A program made the position numbers and the translations under genes. A model generated the notes under the pieces. The model searched no databases, was not told where the DNA came from, and worked only from the letters and a program-made list of their open reading frames with translations. Below are positions 10,985-21,811 of a stretch of DNA of 64,000 nt, piece by piece. How positions within the stretch are numbered: position 1 is the stretch's first letter; every line of letters begins with the position of its first letter. The DNA lies in contig CH464491.1 of NCBI GenBank assembly GCA_000002445.1, positions 4,352,001 through 4,416,000 of the forward strand. Direction: 5' to 3'. Source of the DNA: Trypanosoma brucei. Its lineage: Eukaryota.

Positions 10985-12889
10985 TCATTCAACACCCGCA
11001 ATCGCCCCGGCGCTTTGCCACTGGTGGTACTCAGCGACGAAAATCAATGCGCTCCCCGCCATCATGAGGATACTGCCGGTTGCCTCAAGCGGCCAAAACA
11101 CGACAGAATCGAGCAGAAGACGGGAAATTAGCAAAGAAATTGCACCACCGAAAACAAAACTACCCGGGACACAAAGCCGGCTAAAGAAGGGGGAACTACA
11201 GTGATAAATCAAATGATATAAAACCAAAAAGAACACGCTAAAGAGAACCGAGGAAAAGTCCGTCATAACTAACACAAAGAGTGAAGATTGGGTGGACTGC
11301 GTCGGTAGTGAGAAGCCACCAGAGGCATAGGATGCTAAAGCCAGCATCAGCGTTACCGTGACGAGAGTAACAAAAGAAAGAAACAGGCCACTCACCTCCC
11401 TTCCCACACTTCGAAACTGAAAGAGATAAACGCACATAGCAGCGCCACCGCTGATTGCTATGGCAACGGGCCAAAGACATCTAAAAGTCACGTCGTCACC
11501 TTCAACAAAACACCCAATGACGAGTGCAGCAAAGGCCCACACGATGAGAATGGAAGCCATAGTACTCAAAAGTGGAACATTGTGTAGCTTGAGCACCTCA
11601 TAGAGGTGAGTTCCAACAAAAGGGCAGCAACAGAAACAGACGAAACCAACCGCACTGTTAGTAAACATAAACATGCAAACAAGTGACAAAGTGGCAAGCG
11701 CACCGCAAAAAGCGACACACATAACACGCGAAATACCGCTGCAGCTACTTATCACATCTACCTCCTCACGGCCTGGGCGCCACAGCAGTGCTAAAAAAAG
11801 CAACATGATCAACGAAGCAAGTCCGCTGGACACGAAGTCTACGAGCGACACGGCAGTAATGCGTTCTATCCCCTCCCTTGGGCCTGCAATAACAGCGATT
11901 ACACCCCAATGAAGCACAAACAAGGTAACAGCAATGAACAAGCCTGCCAGCGCCAGCCATGGGTAGTGGGACTCTACTATCACTTGAATTTCATTGTGGG
12001 TTTCCACAAACGACACAGACCCAACAACTGTCTCTGAGAATCGGACCCTTTTTACTTTCTTCCCAGGGGTGCGAGGTGTCGGACCCTCGGCAGGGCCCTC
12101 AGTGCCTTTCAGACTGTTTTTAGGTAAGTGGTCGCGAAATAACAGTGGCTCCAAGTAGTCAGGCACACCATCTGTGTAGTTAACCCGAGGGACCCCTTCG
12201 GTGACCTTCAGCCCCCGCCACCCCACATCATACGAAGAAGAACCGTCCTTCTCTTCTCGGATGTCGGGCCACAACCAGCAACAATTCGGTGGCAATGGTG
12301 CACTTTTGACCACGTCCCTTTCTTTTCGCCCATTTCCAGGGTGCTGCCACGGAGTGATCACCGGACTGACAGTAAAAGCCGGTGTGAAGTCCCCCCCCGC
12401 GGCTCTGTCGTCCCGCTGATAACACCAACTCACCCTCAGTTCCTGAGTATCATGAAGCAATGGCGACCCGTAACCAACCCCATATTCCATTGAACGAACG
12501 CTATCAGCTACTGGTGTGACACTTGATGTCTTCACCCTACTGTATTCGGCTCCATCACAATCGTTGACATAACTGATCCTGTCGACATCGCAACCACCAG
12601 TTCTGCCGCTACCACCACCGCCATCGCCACAATAAACATCGCTAATGACTCCATGGCGGCCATCAGCCTCGCTTGTAGCCCTTGCAAACGTAGAACAATG
12701 TCCAGAAATAGATGTTTCAGGTGATACCGTATCCGGCGAAGCGAGGGCCACGTACGCCGTCTCCCTACCAATCGTGTAGGGAAGGTACCGCTCAATCTCA
12801 TTGTGACGCCAGGGGGAAGTTGTTTCTTCTTCAATAACGGAGCTAACGCATGACACCCCATCCCTGGACTCACTTTCCCGGGCGCTCAT
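10985..12889 (-). CDS. Hypothetical polytopic membrane protein (634 aa). It has a soluble G/S-rich N-terminal half and a C-terminal domain of about 8-10 transmembrane helices.
   Basis: The track start at 13018 is GTG (cac on +) followed by a translated (TA)n run. The first ATG is at 12887-12889. The C-terminal 300 aa is strongly hydrophobic with Cys/Phe-rich helices. Confidence 0.7.
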   Translation of the reverse strand: MSARESESRDGVSCVSSVIEEETTSPWRHNEIERYLPYTIGRETAYVALASPDTVSPETSISGHCSTFARATSEADGRHGVISDVYCGDGGGGSGRTGGCDVDRISYVNDCDGAEYSRVKTSSVTPVADSVRSMEYGVGYGSPLLHDTQELRVSWCYQRDDRAAGGDFTPAFTVSPVITPWQHPGNGRKERDVVKSAPLPPNCCWLWPDIREEKDGSSSYDVGWRGLKVTEGVPRVNYTDGVPDYLEPLLFRDHLPKNSLKGTEGPAEGPTPRTPGKKVKRVRFSETVVGSVSFVETHNEIQVIVESHYPWLALAGLFIAVTLFVLHWGVIAVIAGPREGIERITAVSLVDFVSSGLASLIMLLFLALLWRPGREEVDVISSCSGISRVMCVAFCGALATLSLVCMFMFTNSAVGFVCFCCCPFVGTHLYEVLKLHNVPLLSTMASILIVWAFAALVIGCFVEGDDVTFRCLWPVAIAISGGAAMCVYLFQFRSVGREVSGLFLSFVTLVTVTLMLALASYASGGFSLPTQSTQSSLFVLVMTDFSSVLFSVFFLVLYHLIYHCSSPFFSRLCVPGSFVFGGAISLLISRLLLDSVVFWPLEATGSILMMAGSALIFVAEYHQWQSAGAIAGVE

Positions 12890-12892
12890 AGA

Positions 12893-12903
12893 CCCCCCCC
12901 CCC
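12893..12903 (-). repeat. G11 homopolymer on the coding strand (C11 on +), 3 nt upstream of the ATG of the 634-aa gene
   Basis: Direct read: ...agaccccccccccc agg... on the + strand. Confidence 0.9.
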
Positions 12904-12995
12904 AGGGACTAGAAAAGTTTCCGCACCCGCCACGGTAAATGCGCCCCAATATTGGGGTATTTACGATTGAGTAAACAACTGATCGTGCCCACAGG

Positions 12996-13014
12996 TATAT
13001 ATATATATATATAT
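12996..13014. repeat. (TA)9 microsatellite
   Basis: Direct read. Confidence 0.9.
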
Positions 13015-13757
13015 GCACTTATTAATGCGTGCTCTCTTGTGCGGAATATTGAAAAAAAACAAAAGAAAAAAGAAAATACAAGTTGGCACAATTTTAAACC
13101 GGAACCGCACCCCTACTGTGGTGCCAGGGACCAAACGAAGAGTGGGGAAACACGTAAATAAATTAAAAAGGAAGGAAACGGGATGGTACTTCCCTCACCC
13201 GTTGCACTGCAAATAAGTGTACACACAAATATGTGAATGTGCACACCGAATGATGATTCAGGCAGTCCCCATCGAAGCGGTGACAAGAAGAAAAGGTCAC
13301 GTCCCAAAGGGGACACCCCGTAGAGAGGCTCACACGCAAGTCACAGAAAGAAGAAGAGCCCCGGCGCTTCGGTCAACAGCTAAAGAAGTAGAAAAATTAA
13401 AGTTTTTGAAGAGGGCTAAGAACTAAACAACACAACGAGTCGAAAATATGGCATTTATCACGCGCATCGCTCCTCCCACAACCACAGAACAATAAGAGAG
13501 AGAAGGGTTTTTTCTTTTTCATTGGTGCATTCGCTTTCGGAAAGAAAGCCTTGAAAGAAGTAAAGGAGAGACAACATGTAAAAAAAAGGGGGGCGGAATA
13601 AAAGTGGATCAAGGGGGAATGAGCAATAGTTCGTACGAATGCCCACAACTCAATGAGTAGAGGGGGGCGAAAAAGCAGAAAAGAAAAACCTGCACAATCG
13701 CAAAAAAAAAAGAGCGCGTGCTTCTTACCAAACAAGGGAGCCGCTTGTGGCTTATTA

Positions 13758-16700
13758 CTATTGTGCCAAATGGAGATGTACGTCAACCGCATCATGAACG
13801 CAGGAAAAGTCCATTTCCAACAAGTGCCTCACATATGGTTCATCCCACCCATCCGTTAATCGCATGTACGTCAGTAGTTGTTGCTGTTCCGTTGCACACC
13901 CAGTGAGAGTCGTCAAATCCCTCGTTTGAGCGAGCAGGAGCAAAGCTGCAGCACACGTTTGAGTGCCTCTCGGCCCCCCATTCAAAATAGAAGGGCCGTG
14001 CAGAAACGGCCGCTGAAACCCCGACCAGCACATCGGGACAACACCGTTCGATGTAAACTGGCCTTTCAAATCGCAAATAACAGACGTCGGTGATACTTCG
14101 CTCCCCACGAGGCGCTGAACTAATGGTACGAACGTGGGTGAAATCTCAGTGGTCGAAGCAAGACCAGCTGTCACATTCAAATCATCCATAAAGACCCAGC
14201 GAAATGGCGCAATGACTTCTGGCACGATAACAACAGCGAAATGGAGAACCTTGAGGCACTCCAACTGAAGCTGTAACAGGTTCTCTTGTGATTCATCGAC
14301 GCGGCGGCTTCCACCGTTCTTCACTTCAGCGCCAACATCTGAATGAGTAAATGTTTCCGACAGCGCCCTCGCTATCTCTGGCAGAACAAGAGGCCAAAAT
14401 GGCTGCAGCAGCGCTGGATCCAACTTGGTTAGCAGCACACGGAAAAGAAATATTGCCTGGTAAATTATCGCGTTACTACGGGAACGACGACCCGGCACCG
14501 CTGTTGAGGCGGTACGAACCACTTCGGTAAATTGCTCACGTAGAAGCAGGCAAAACTCCCTGTCTGACATGAGAATAGTGGATGGCATGGACGCCACATA
14601 GAAGGTCAGCCTCCGCATCTGCACCGCGCGCTGTAGCTGCTGCTGTTCTTCATTAGATGACTGATTCACAAGTCCAGCAAAGCGATTCGGTTGAGATGGC
14701 GACGGCGTGAAAAGCTGCGCCATCTCAGCGTGGAACGCACGATCTCGAGAGAGGCGAGCGAACAAATGGCCATAGTAATGCAATGAACGCTTGGGAAGGC
14801 GGAAGAAGTCCCAATTACAGGGACCATCCAAAAGCTCTTGACGGAGACGTCGCGGGACACTGTCACTTATGCTGACTGCCGCTAAGGCGACGCGCAAAGC
14901 CGCCCGCACGAGGGGCGTCCGTGCATGAGCATCCTCATCTATCTGGGCGTCAATGCCGAACGCAATTACAGGAAAAACGGAGCGCTTGCACATGTGAACT
15001 ACCGACGTTGTAACACGATCGTGCTCCAAAAGCAGACCACGCACAGCCCTAGGGAGCACACGAGCTACAACGTTGAGTACAAAGTAAAGAGCTTCAGGGT
15101 CAACCGAGGCTGTCTCCGACGCAATGCTACTAACGGCACTCAGTGAATCCAATATTTTACAAAGCACAGACAAGCAGCGTTTCTCTTTTCCCCAAGCCGA
15201 AGAAGAAACGACCACTACCTCACTCTCTTCAGTAGTGCCCTCGGGAGGTAAAAAGTGGGAAAGACACAAAAGCATGAATGCAAGCGTCGGAACCGAAACT
15301 GCGCCGGCGGTTAGTCGAGCGTGGAAGCAGCTCATCATCACGGTCAGTACCTGCGGCATGTCATCCGCTGGTGTACGCCAAACACGCATAAATGTATGAA
15401 CGAAGTAGAGAGCGGCAGCATCGAAAGCTAACCCGGACCCGAAAACCTCACACTGGGAGGCGACAAGCGGTGCAACAGACTGTGGTTCCGCAAGAATCTC
15501 CGTCACAGCATTAATCAGCGCGAGAGCAGATGTTGAAGCCCCTGCTCCCAATAAAAGTCCCATTGACTCTGCTTCTGACAGTAACGCAGGCGAGATATCA
15601 AGTTTGGGTGCAGCCGAAATGATGGTAAGGAGAGCAACGTCCTCACCATCATTCCCCTTGCCTACTGTTGTAGCGTCTGAACCCGACCCACTGTTATTAT
15701 AACCCAGATCACTAGTCATAGACTCTTTCACCAACTCATTAAGTTGATGCACGTGCTCTTCCGCCCAAACACTGACAAAAATTCGGAAAAAATCTATCGG
15801 TATCGTTTCGCGACAAAAAAGTAGCACGCGATGGATTGCAGTTTCCACCAGAAACGCTGCTGCTGCCTCTGCAGTGATGCTGGCCTCAGAGGGGAGAACT
15901 CTTTTCCCTAATGCTGGGTCATCACGATCATCCTGTTGGCTTTGTTTGGACCTCAGCTGTGGTGCTGCTTCTCGATATTTTTTAACGCACAGGTGAACCT
16001 TACACAACGTAGCTACAATCTGCTGTATGGATTCTCGCATTACTTCTGTGCACTCCACGGCTCGCTCCACAACCTTGTGCACTATCCGTGGTGAAGCAGA
16101 CGCAAAAAGCATACGTGAGGAGAACCAGCCGGACCCAGTGTCCCCTGACTTCGCGTCGATGCTATCTTGAGCAGCAGTGGTTGCGCTTCCTGCTGCGAAG
16201 TAGTATTCAAGCACACCAAAAATCCCCTTCAAACACACCTCTACCACCCTCAAAGTCGTGCAATCCCTCAGCGACGAAGTTGTCCTCGCCTGCTGCTCAA
16301 TAACATGTATAAACGTCTGCAAAACACGCGAACAAACCTCTTCGCGCCGCTCGTGCAGGAAAGGCATAAGCCCAAGCAATGTGTCGCACCAAACGTTAAG
16401 AAGATCACGATCGGACCGGCCATGCGGGAGCAACGCTCGTGCCGCTGCCCGCTCAACTCCAATCTCCACTGTTTCGCAAAACAAGTCCATCCTCAGTGCG
16501 GATGCGCAACGACACACTACAACACTCTTATTTTCAGGAGAAGAATGCGACTCTGCAGGGCTCACATTACTAATAAGCCTCACCGAGTCCAACAGGTGTT
16601 GCAGCATGGCTATTTGCTCTGGAGGGAACAAACGGCACCGTACGACTTCGTGGAGGAGTTCGAGTATTCTTTTGGAAACGGAACCCCACGTGTTTATAAC

Positions 16701-19700
16701 CATCCTCGGCAACTGTATTAAACTCTGACTTTTCTGCAGCATCATTGTCAGTGCCTCAACAGCAGCCACGCCCAATTCTCCACCACGCCATATACCATCT
16801 GTACTTGTTTCGCTAAACCGAGGAGATAGGTTTTGGTACGCTATGCCCAGAAGCACCTGCACGAGTGCGGCAAAAGCGGAACCCACTACCACCGACTCAC
16901 CGTTCGTCTCACCTTCAACATCCCCCGACGTGTCGGAGCGTGCATTGTGGACGGGCATTGAAAGAAGTGGCAACCGAGACCCCATGTATGCTGGAGCGGG
17001 AAGCTTACACATATTAAGAAGCAGTTGCGGGGAAGAGGCAGGGTTACTCAATATACACCCAACAACTCGAACAAACTCAGCGGGTTTCAACTGATTTACT
17101 TCGTAATCCCTGAGCTCCTGATTGCTGTAAGTTGGGAGATCATCCGGCTTCTTCTCGACTCCACCACAGCTCTCAGCCGCTGGGTTGAAGCACACAAGCT
17201 GTCGGGTAAGTGAAATAAGTAATGGGTTCAATAACCGGTGAAGATACGGAATAAACTGTCGTACTGTGGACTGAGCTATCCACCTCAGTGAAGGATCATT
17301 ATGCTCTAGGGCCCGCAACAACATATACAAGCCAGGAAGAAAGAGGTTCTGCGGCGCCTCGCGTTCCGCCATCCAGAAGAATAGGATAGCAAGCCGTTCG
17401 CCGCACTCCACTGTATCCTCAACGGTAATGCCATCAAGTATTATCCGCGCTTCGTCATCTGCGTAAAGCTGCAGAAGTAGATCCACAACAGCAGGTTGCA
17501 TGCCCTCGCTACATATCCCCAATAGGTGCCACACACGTGGCACAAGCTGCGCCTTCAGCTCGCGGTTTTCGCGCATACTTTCACCAAACTGAGTGGGAGA
17601 ATCAATGGACTTCGAAAAGTCGACAAATAACTGCAGTGAGTCCCGCTGGACAGCCAAAGATGGAGAGCTCGCTGCGGCAGAAGTAACTGAATGCAGCCAG
17701 CCATCAAGCACGTCGTCACAAAGTTCGCACCTCCCCCATCCTGAAGAAATAACACGAGAGAGAAGAGTGAGGACACCGTCATTGACCCGAACAAGCAACT
17801 CCCTCCGCTCCGCGGCATGATAGGCAACAAGCTTTGTCAAAACGCTAGCGCTCTCCGTCATGATAGTTAGTAGTTTTATCTCACTTTCCTTATCGGGCAT
17901 AGTGTTCCCCATAGGATCCACGTCACTCGGCAAAGCCAATATGATATCGGTGAAGAGCAAATTGAACACTTGAAAGGACCCTTCCACCAAACAAAGGGAC
18001 ACCTCCAGTGGAGACACCATTCCACAAGCACCTGGAACCTCCGGTGCCGTAGCATGAGTAAGAGCTGAGGTGCTTGCACTGCGCAAAATACCACAGAGCG
18101 ACTGGCAGATTGCAAAAATCTCACAACGGAAAGCGGCGATCTGTTTCGCACTCCGCCGAAGCGGTACGATGGCATGTTTCTGAAGAAGGGATGCCATTCC
18201 TTTCAACTGCAAAAACCTCGATTGCAGCTTTTCAAGATAGTGTTGGTCCATACGGAACTGACGAAAGAGCCCTTGGCTGTTATCCGCTTGTGGTAACTGC
18301 TGCAAATCTGAAGAAGGCGGGCATCCTGTACTCGACGCGGCGGCACACCCTGACACATCCAGTGCAGTTGAAAGGGAAGTGGAAGCCAGGGGGGTCGAAC
18401 CATCCGCAAGTTGGTCTGCACTGTTTTCCAACAGAAAGACAATTCCACGTTTGTGGTTGACAAAGTATTCCCATGAAACTGACGCGAAGAAGGCATCTAG
18501 TACCGTTTCGACGCAGTCCACTTGCAGGGAACCTCTATTCATAAGAGCCTCCATGGAAACGAGCAAATCGCAAGCATAGGGCATAACCAATGGAACAAGA
18601 TGTTCTTTGAATGGAGTGCTCGCAAAACAAGGACCCATACCATCATACTCATCATAACTGTTAGCATCCCGACTGATCAAACTACTTCCGCTGCTCATTA
18701 TGTCGTCACCATCATGCATGTCACTGCCAACAACGGCCTTGAAGAGCACAACCAACGCCCTCAGCCATGTGATTGGCAATATATACGGGCTCATAGACTC
18801 ACCGCACTTCTTTTCACTACTATCTGTACTCAGCACAGCAGCAGACTTACATGCAGTAACGTGCAGTACATAATAGCACGATCGCTCCAAGACGCTAGCT
18901 CCAGTTACATTTGTCGACTGTTGCTGGACGGGTGATTCACCGAAGTGCAACTTCCACCAAGAGACAAATTGGTGGAATGCCTGTGCTACGTGAAAAGACG
19001 AAACCTCACGAATGAACTGAGAAGCAATATCAGGGAAAGGTCCCATCAACCACTCCACAACGCGCCGTTGAGTACTGTTGCTGCTATCCGGTGCTCCCAA
19101 CTGTTGAACCACAGCGCTCACCAAAAGCGACTTCTCGGCGAAGGTGAGCAAAGCAGTGTCATTCAGCGGAAACGCTATTATGAGAAGGTCAAGCATGAGC
19201 CTTCGTGTTCTTTCGTTCTGCTCCTGCAGAGTCGCGAATATAGAGCTGAAAACAAGACGAAGATCATTCCCAAAAAATGCGGGGGGTGCAGCTGAGTGGT
19301 TAAATCCGCTACCAATTCCCTGTTCAACCGCATGAACGCCAAAAGTAACTTCATCATCTCCATCGCCGCCGGGAATGCGATTTACCGCCTCATCAAGCTG
19401 TTGCTTCAGGTACTGCAGAGCAGAGCCGCGCAGCGAAGGCGAATTCTTCAGTGTAAACCACAAAACGCGGTATACAGCGGCATCGCCACAACGAAGCACA
19501 CTTTCAGGTGGTTTCCCACTGTCCGCAGACGACTCACCAAACTCTTCATCACGATCACGTTTGGCTGACGCCTCTGCCGCAGCGTAAGTTTTTATGATAT
19601 CGTGTATGTTCCCCATGAGCTTCAATGAGAGGCGGTACACTTCACTTTCTCCACCCTCTTCTAAACCACCTAGCAAAGCGGGAATGATACCTGGTAGCTG

Positions 19701-20165
19701 CAATGCAACTACTTCGGCGGGCAACTCACGTAGCATATTTACGTCAACAAAGTTAAGCAACTCGCACTTCACTTGTAACGAACAACGAGGCAAGAGATTA
19801 AGCACGGCGGCCAGTACCAACGGCATATGCTGCACAAGCGGGAGTGCTCCTAAGCGTTCAGAAAGGCGCTGCAGCACTTCCAGTGCTTTCCTGTGCACTC
19901 CCATCACCCCTTTCGGGTCAAGACACTTGTATATAACACGGCACAGCAATGTGGTATCCAGCGCAGACCCCACTGCCAATTCGACATTTGCCTCCAGGCA
20001 CTTCAAAAGTTGCGTGAGAGATGTCGAGAGGCCCGACCAATTTGACATGGGGGTGCGATCCATTGTCTGTAGTATTTTCAACACCTCACCATTGTACTTG
20101 GTAGCTCGTCGTGATACCTGCTGACTTGAAGTTGTTCCGTCTGGTTGCTGCTGCTGCTGCGACAT
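13758..20165 (-). CDS. DOP1: Dopey (DOP1/Dop1) family protein, 2135 aa. This family acts in Golgi/endosome trafficking.
   Basis: ATG verified at 20163-20165. The N-terminal region matches the Dopey_N signature: KYNGEVLKIL...NWSGLSTSLTQLLKCL, then MGVHRKALEVLQRL (compare human SGVHRKALETYEII), then LLGGLEEGGESEVYRLS (compare LPGLEEGSEYYERT). Giant size is typical of Dopey proteins. Confidence 0.82.
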   Translation of the reverse strand: MSQQQQQPDGTTSSQQVSRRATKYNGEVLKILQTMDRTPMSNWSGLSTSLTQLLKCLEANVELAVGSALDTTLLCRVIYKCLDPKGVMGVHRKALEVLQRLSERLGALPLVQHMPLVLAAVLNLLPRCSLQVKCELLNFVDVNMLRELPAEVVALQLPGIIPALLGGLEEGGESEVYRLSLKLMGNIHDIIKTYAAAEASAKRDRDEEFGESSADSGKPPESVLRCGDAAVYRVLWFTLKNSPSLRGSALQYLKQQLDEAVNRIPGGDGDDEVTFGVHAVEQGIGSGFNHSAAPPAFFGNDLRLVFSSIFATLQEQNERTRRLMLDLLIIAFPLNDTALLTFAEKSLLVSAVVQQLGAPDSSNSTQRRVVEWLMGPFPDIASQFIREVSSFHVAQAFHQFVSWWKLHFGESPVQQQSTNVTGASVLERSCYYVLHVTACKSAAVLSTDSSEKKCGESMSPYILPITWLRALVVLFKAVVGSDMHDGDDIMSSGSSLISRDANSYDEYDGMGPCFASTPFKEHLVPLVMPYACDLLVSMEALMNRGSLQVDCVETVLDAFFASVSWEYFVNHKRGIVFLLENSADQLADGSTPLASTSLSTALDVSGCAAASSTGCPPSSDLQQLPQADNSQGLFRQFRMDQHYLEKLQSRFLQLKGMASLLQKHAIVPLRRSAKQIAAFRCEIFAICQSLCGILRSASTSALTHATAPEVPGACGMVSPLEVSLCLVEGSFQVFNLLFTDIILALPSDVDPMGNTMPDKESEIKLLTIMTESASVLTKLVAYHAAERRELLVRVNDGVLTLLSRVISSGWGRCELCDDVLDGWLHSVTSAAASSPSLAVQRDSLQLFVDFSKSIDSPTQFGESMRENRELKAQLVPRVWHLLGICSEGMQPAVVDLLLQLYADDEARIILDGITVEDTVECGERLAILFFWMAEREAPQNLFLPGLYMLLRALEHNDPSLRWIAQSTVRQFIPYLHRLLNPLLISLTRQLVCFNPAAESCGGVEKKPDDLPTYSNQELRDYEVNQLKPAEFVRVVGCILSNPASSPQLLLNMCKLPAPAYMGSRLPLLSMPVHNARSDTSGDVEGETNGESVVVGSAFAALVQVLLGIAYQNLSPRFSETSTDGIWRGGELGVAAVEALTMMLQKSQSLIQLPRMVINTWGSVSKRILELLHEVVRCRLFPPEQIAMLQHLLDSVRLISNVSPAESHSSPENKSVVVCRCASALRMDLFCETVEIGVERAAARALLPHGRSDRDLLNVWCDTLLGLMPFLHERREEVCSRVLQTFIHVIEQQARTTSSLRDCTTLRVVEVCLKGIFGVLEYYFAAGSATTAAQDSIDAKSGDTGSGWFSSRMLFASASPRIVHKVVERAVECTEVMRESIQQIVATLCKVHLCVKKYREAAPQLRSKQSQQDDRDDPALGKRVLPSEASITAEAAAAFLVETAIHRVLLFCRETIPIDFFRIFVSVWAEEHVHQLNELVKESMTSDLGYNNSGSGSDATTVGKGNDGEDVALLTIISAAPKLDISPALLSEAESMGLLLGAGASTSALALINAVTEILAEPQSVAPLVASQCEVFGSGLAFDAAALYFVHTFMRVWRTPADDMPQVLTVMMSCFHARLTAGAVSVPTLAFMLLCLSHFLPPEGTTEESEVVVVSSSAWGKEKRCLSVLCKILDSLSAVSSIASETASVDPEALYFVLNVVARVLPRAVRGLLLEHDRVTTSVVHMCKRSVFPVIAFGIDAQIDEDAHARTPLVRAALRVALAAVSISDSVPRRLRQELLDGPCNWDFFRLPKRSLHYYGHLFARLSRDRAFHAEMAQLFTPSPSQPNRFAGLVNQSSNEEQQQLQRAVQMRRLTFYVASMPSTILMSDREFCLLLREQFTEVVRTASTAVPGRRSRSNAIIYQAIFLFRVLLTKLDPALLQPFWPLVLPEIARALSETFTHSDVGAEVKNGGSRRVDESQENLLQLQLECLKVLHFAVVIVPEVIAPFRWVFMDDLNVTAGLASTTEISPTFVPLVQRLVGSEVSPTSVICDLKGQFTSNGVVPMCWSGFQRPFLHGPSILNGGPRGTQTCAAALLLLAQTRDLTTLTGCATEQQQLLTYMRLTDGWDEPYVRHLLEMDFSCVHDAVDVHLHLAQ

Positions 20166-21811
20166 CCCAACTGCGGTAAACTAAGACAACTAAAACACCA
20201 ACGGAAGGATTCGGAAGAGTCAATAGTACTAATAATAGTGATAAAGTTTTCAATGATGAGGGAGAAGTACATAAGATGGAGGAAGAGAACCTTCAAGACA
20301 GTGATGGTGACAACAACCAAAGGTAAAGCATTTTCCACGCGGAAAAAAACATCGAAACAAAAAAGGGAAGATTTGGTTTGAGAAAAACAGGGAAGCAAAT
20401 ATATGGACGCACTACAGTGCTACGAACATCAGGATCCTCACGCTCATACACAACAAGAGAGAATAGTGTCTCCTCTCTCTCTTTTCAGCTCGACCAGCAT
20501 TTAAAACTGCATTGGCGCGATTCCCAGTCAAACTGCTGGGCGGTAGCACAACCTCCCGCTTTGCAATGAAAAAAAAAAGGAAGAAAGCGGGAAAAAGCTC
20601 TAGCACAGCGGGGGGAGGGGGGGAAACATCGTGCTTCCTGGTGGTATCAGTTCCCAAATACATATTTGTCAAGTACCCTTATTGATTTACGAGACGAACG
20701 AAAATAACACAACTTACGGGTGACCACATCGGCACTCAAACTTTAAGTTACCCGACAAAAAAAAAGAGCTAAGGGAAGCGCAAGGGTGCCCGTGAAGGCG
20801 ATGGTGCACGGCACACACACCTTTCAAACCACTTATGGATTCCATGCAGTGGACTCAAAAAAAAAAAGATAAATTCCTCCTTCCACCGTAACCACAGTCA
20901 CCCAAGCTAAATTGCCCCTCAAAGCAGCTTATAAGAAACTAGTGTGCAATTCTTTTTTTTCCTTCTGTGCGCACGTGCGCACAGGTTAGACTATGCAATC
21001 AGGTCACAGTAATCCATGGCACACCTCCACGATTTGATCCCTCGAGTGAGCGGGGCACGTTTCGAAAAAAGTTGTGCGTGTAATCATCCCACGGCAGGGG
21101 ATCCGTCAAACCGCACAAAAATAAAAAATAAAAAGTGCCAACTCAACATAAAACCAATCCCTTTCGAAGAACACCATGCACCCCAAAATGCAAACGTACG
21201 CATATGCACATCCTTGTTATGCCGTGGTATAATTTGGTAACACAACAACGGGTAAACCGAGAGGCACAAATACACATCTCGTCCATAGGCAGTTCAAATA
21301 GTCGTTGATTTCATCAATTATTACAGCGGTGGACCACCGTGGAGAGCCGGTCAGGAGGGCACAATGAGAAATGTAGTTAACGTGATATACATAACTAAGA
21401 AAGAAGAAAAAAGTGTCAACTTGACATAAAATTAGGCGCAAGTGGTTATAGAAAAAAAAAAGGGGCAACAAGAGATGAGATTGAAATAAAGGACAAGACG
21501 GAAAGGTGGAGCCGAGGAAACACCTGCGGGGGAACAACACGATGATTTTAAGTAGGAGGACGGATACCGAGCAAGACGGAATGAAAAGAATTCTTTAAAC
21601 ATAAAATAATAATAATAAAAAAGAACCTTCAAAGACCATCACCTCGATCAGGTTAAGCTCATGCTTCAGCCCTGTCCCTCCGTTTATCATTATCATCCAA
21701 TCTAGTTTGAATAAAGCAATCAAGCGGCGGCCCTTTACCAAACTACTTATCAATTGCACTTGTTTCTTTTTTCCTTCCTTTTTCTTTGAAAAGAGGAAAA
21801 AAAATGTTTAT

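Noticed and set aside
13018-13018. ORF-track start codons at 13018, 3497, 44728, 61770, 63982 and 34425
   Set aside because: Checked against the sequence, these M residues correspond to GTG or TTG, not ATG. Starts were moved to the first in-frame ATG at 12889, 3425, 44719, 61764 and 34308. For 63982 the ORF is treated as continuing beyond the window.
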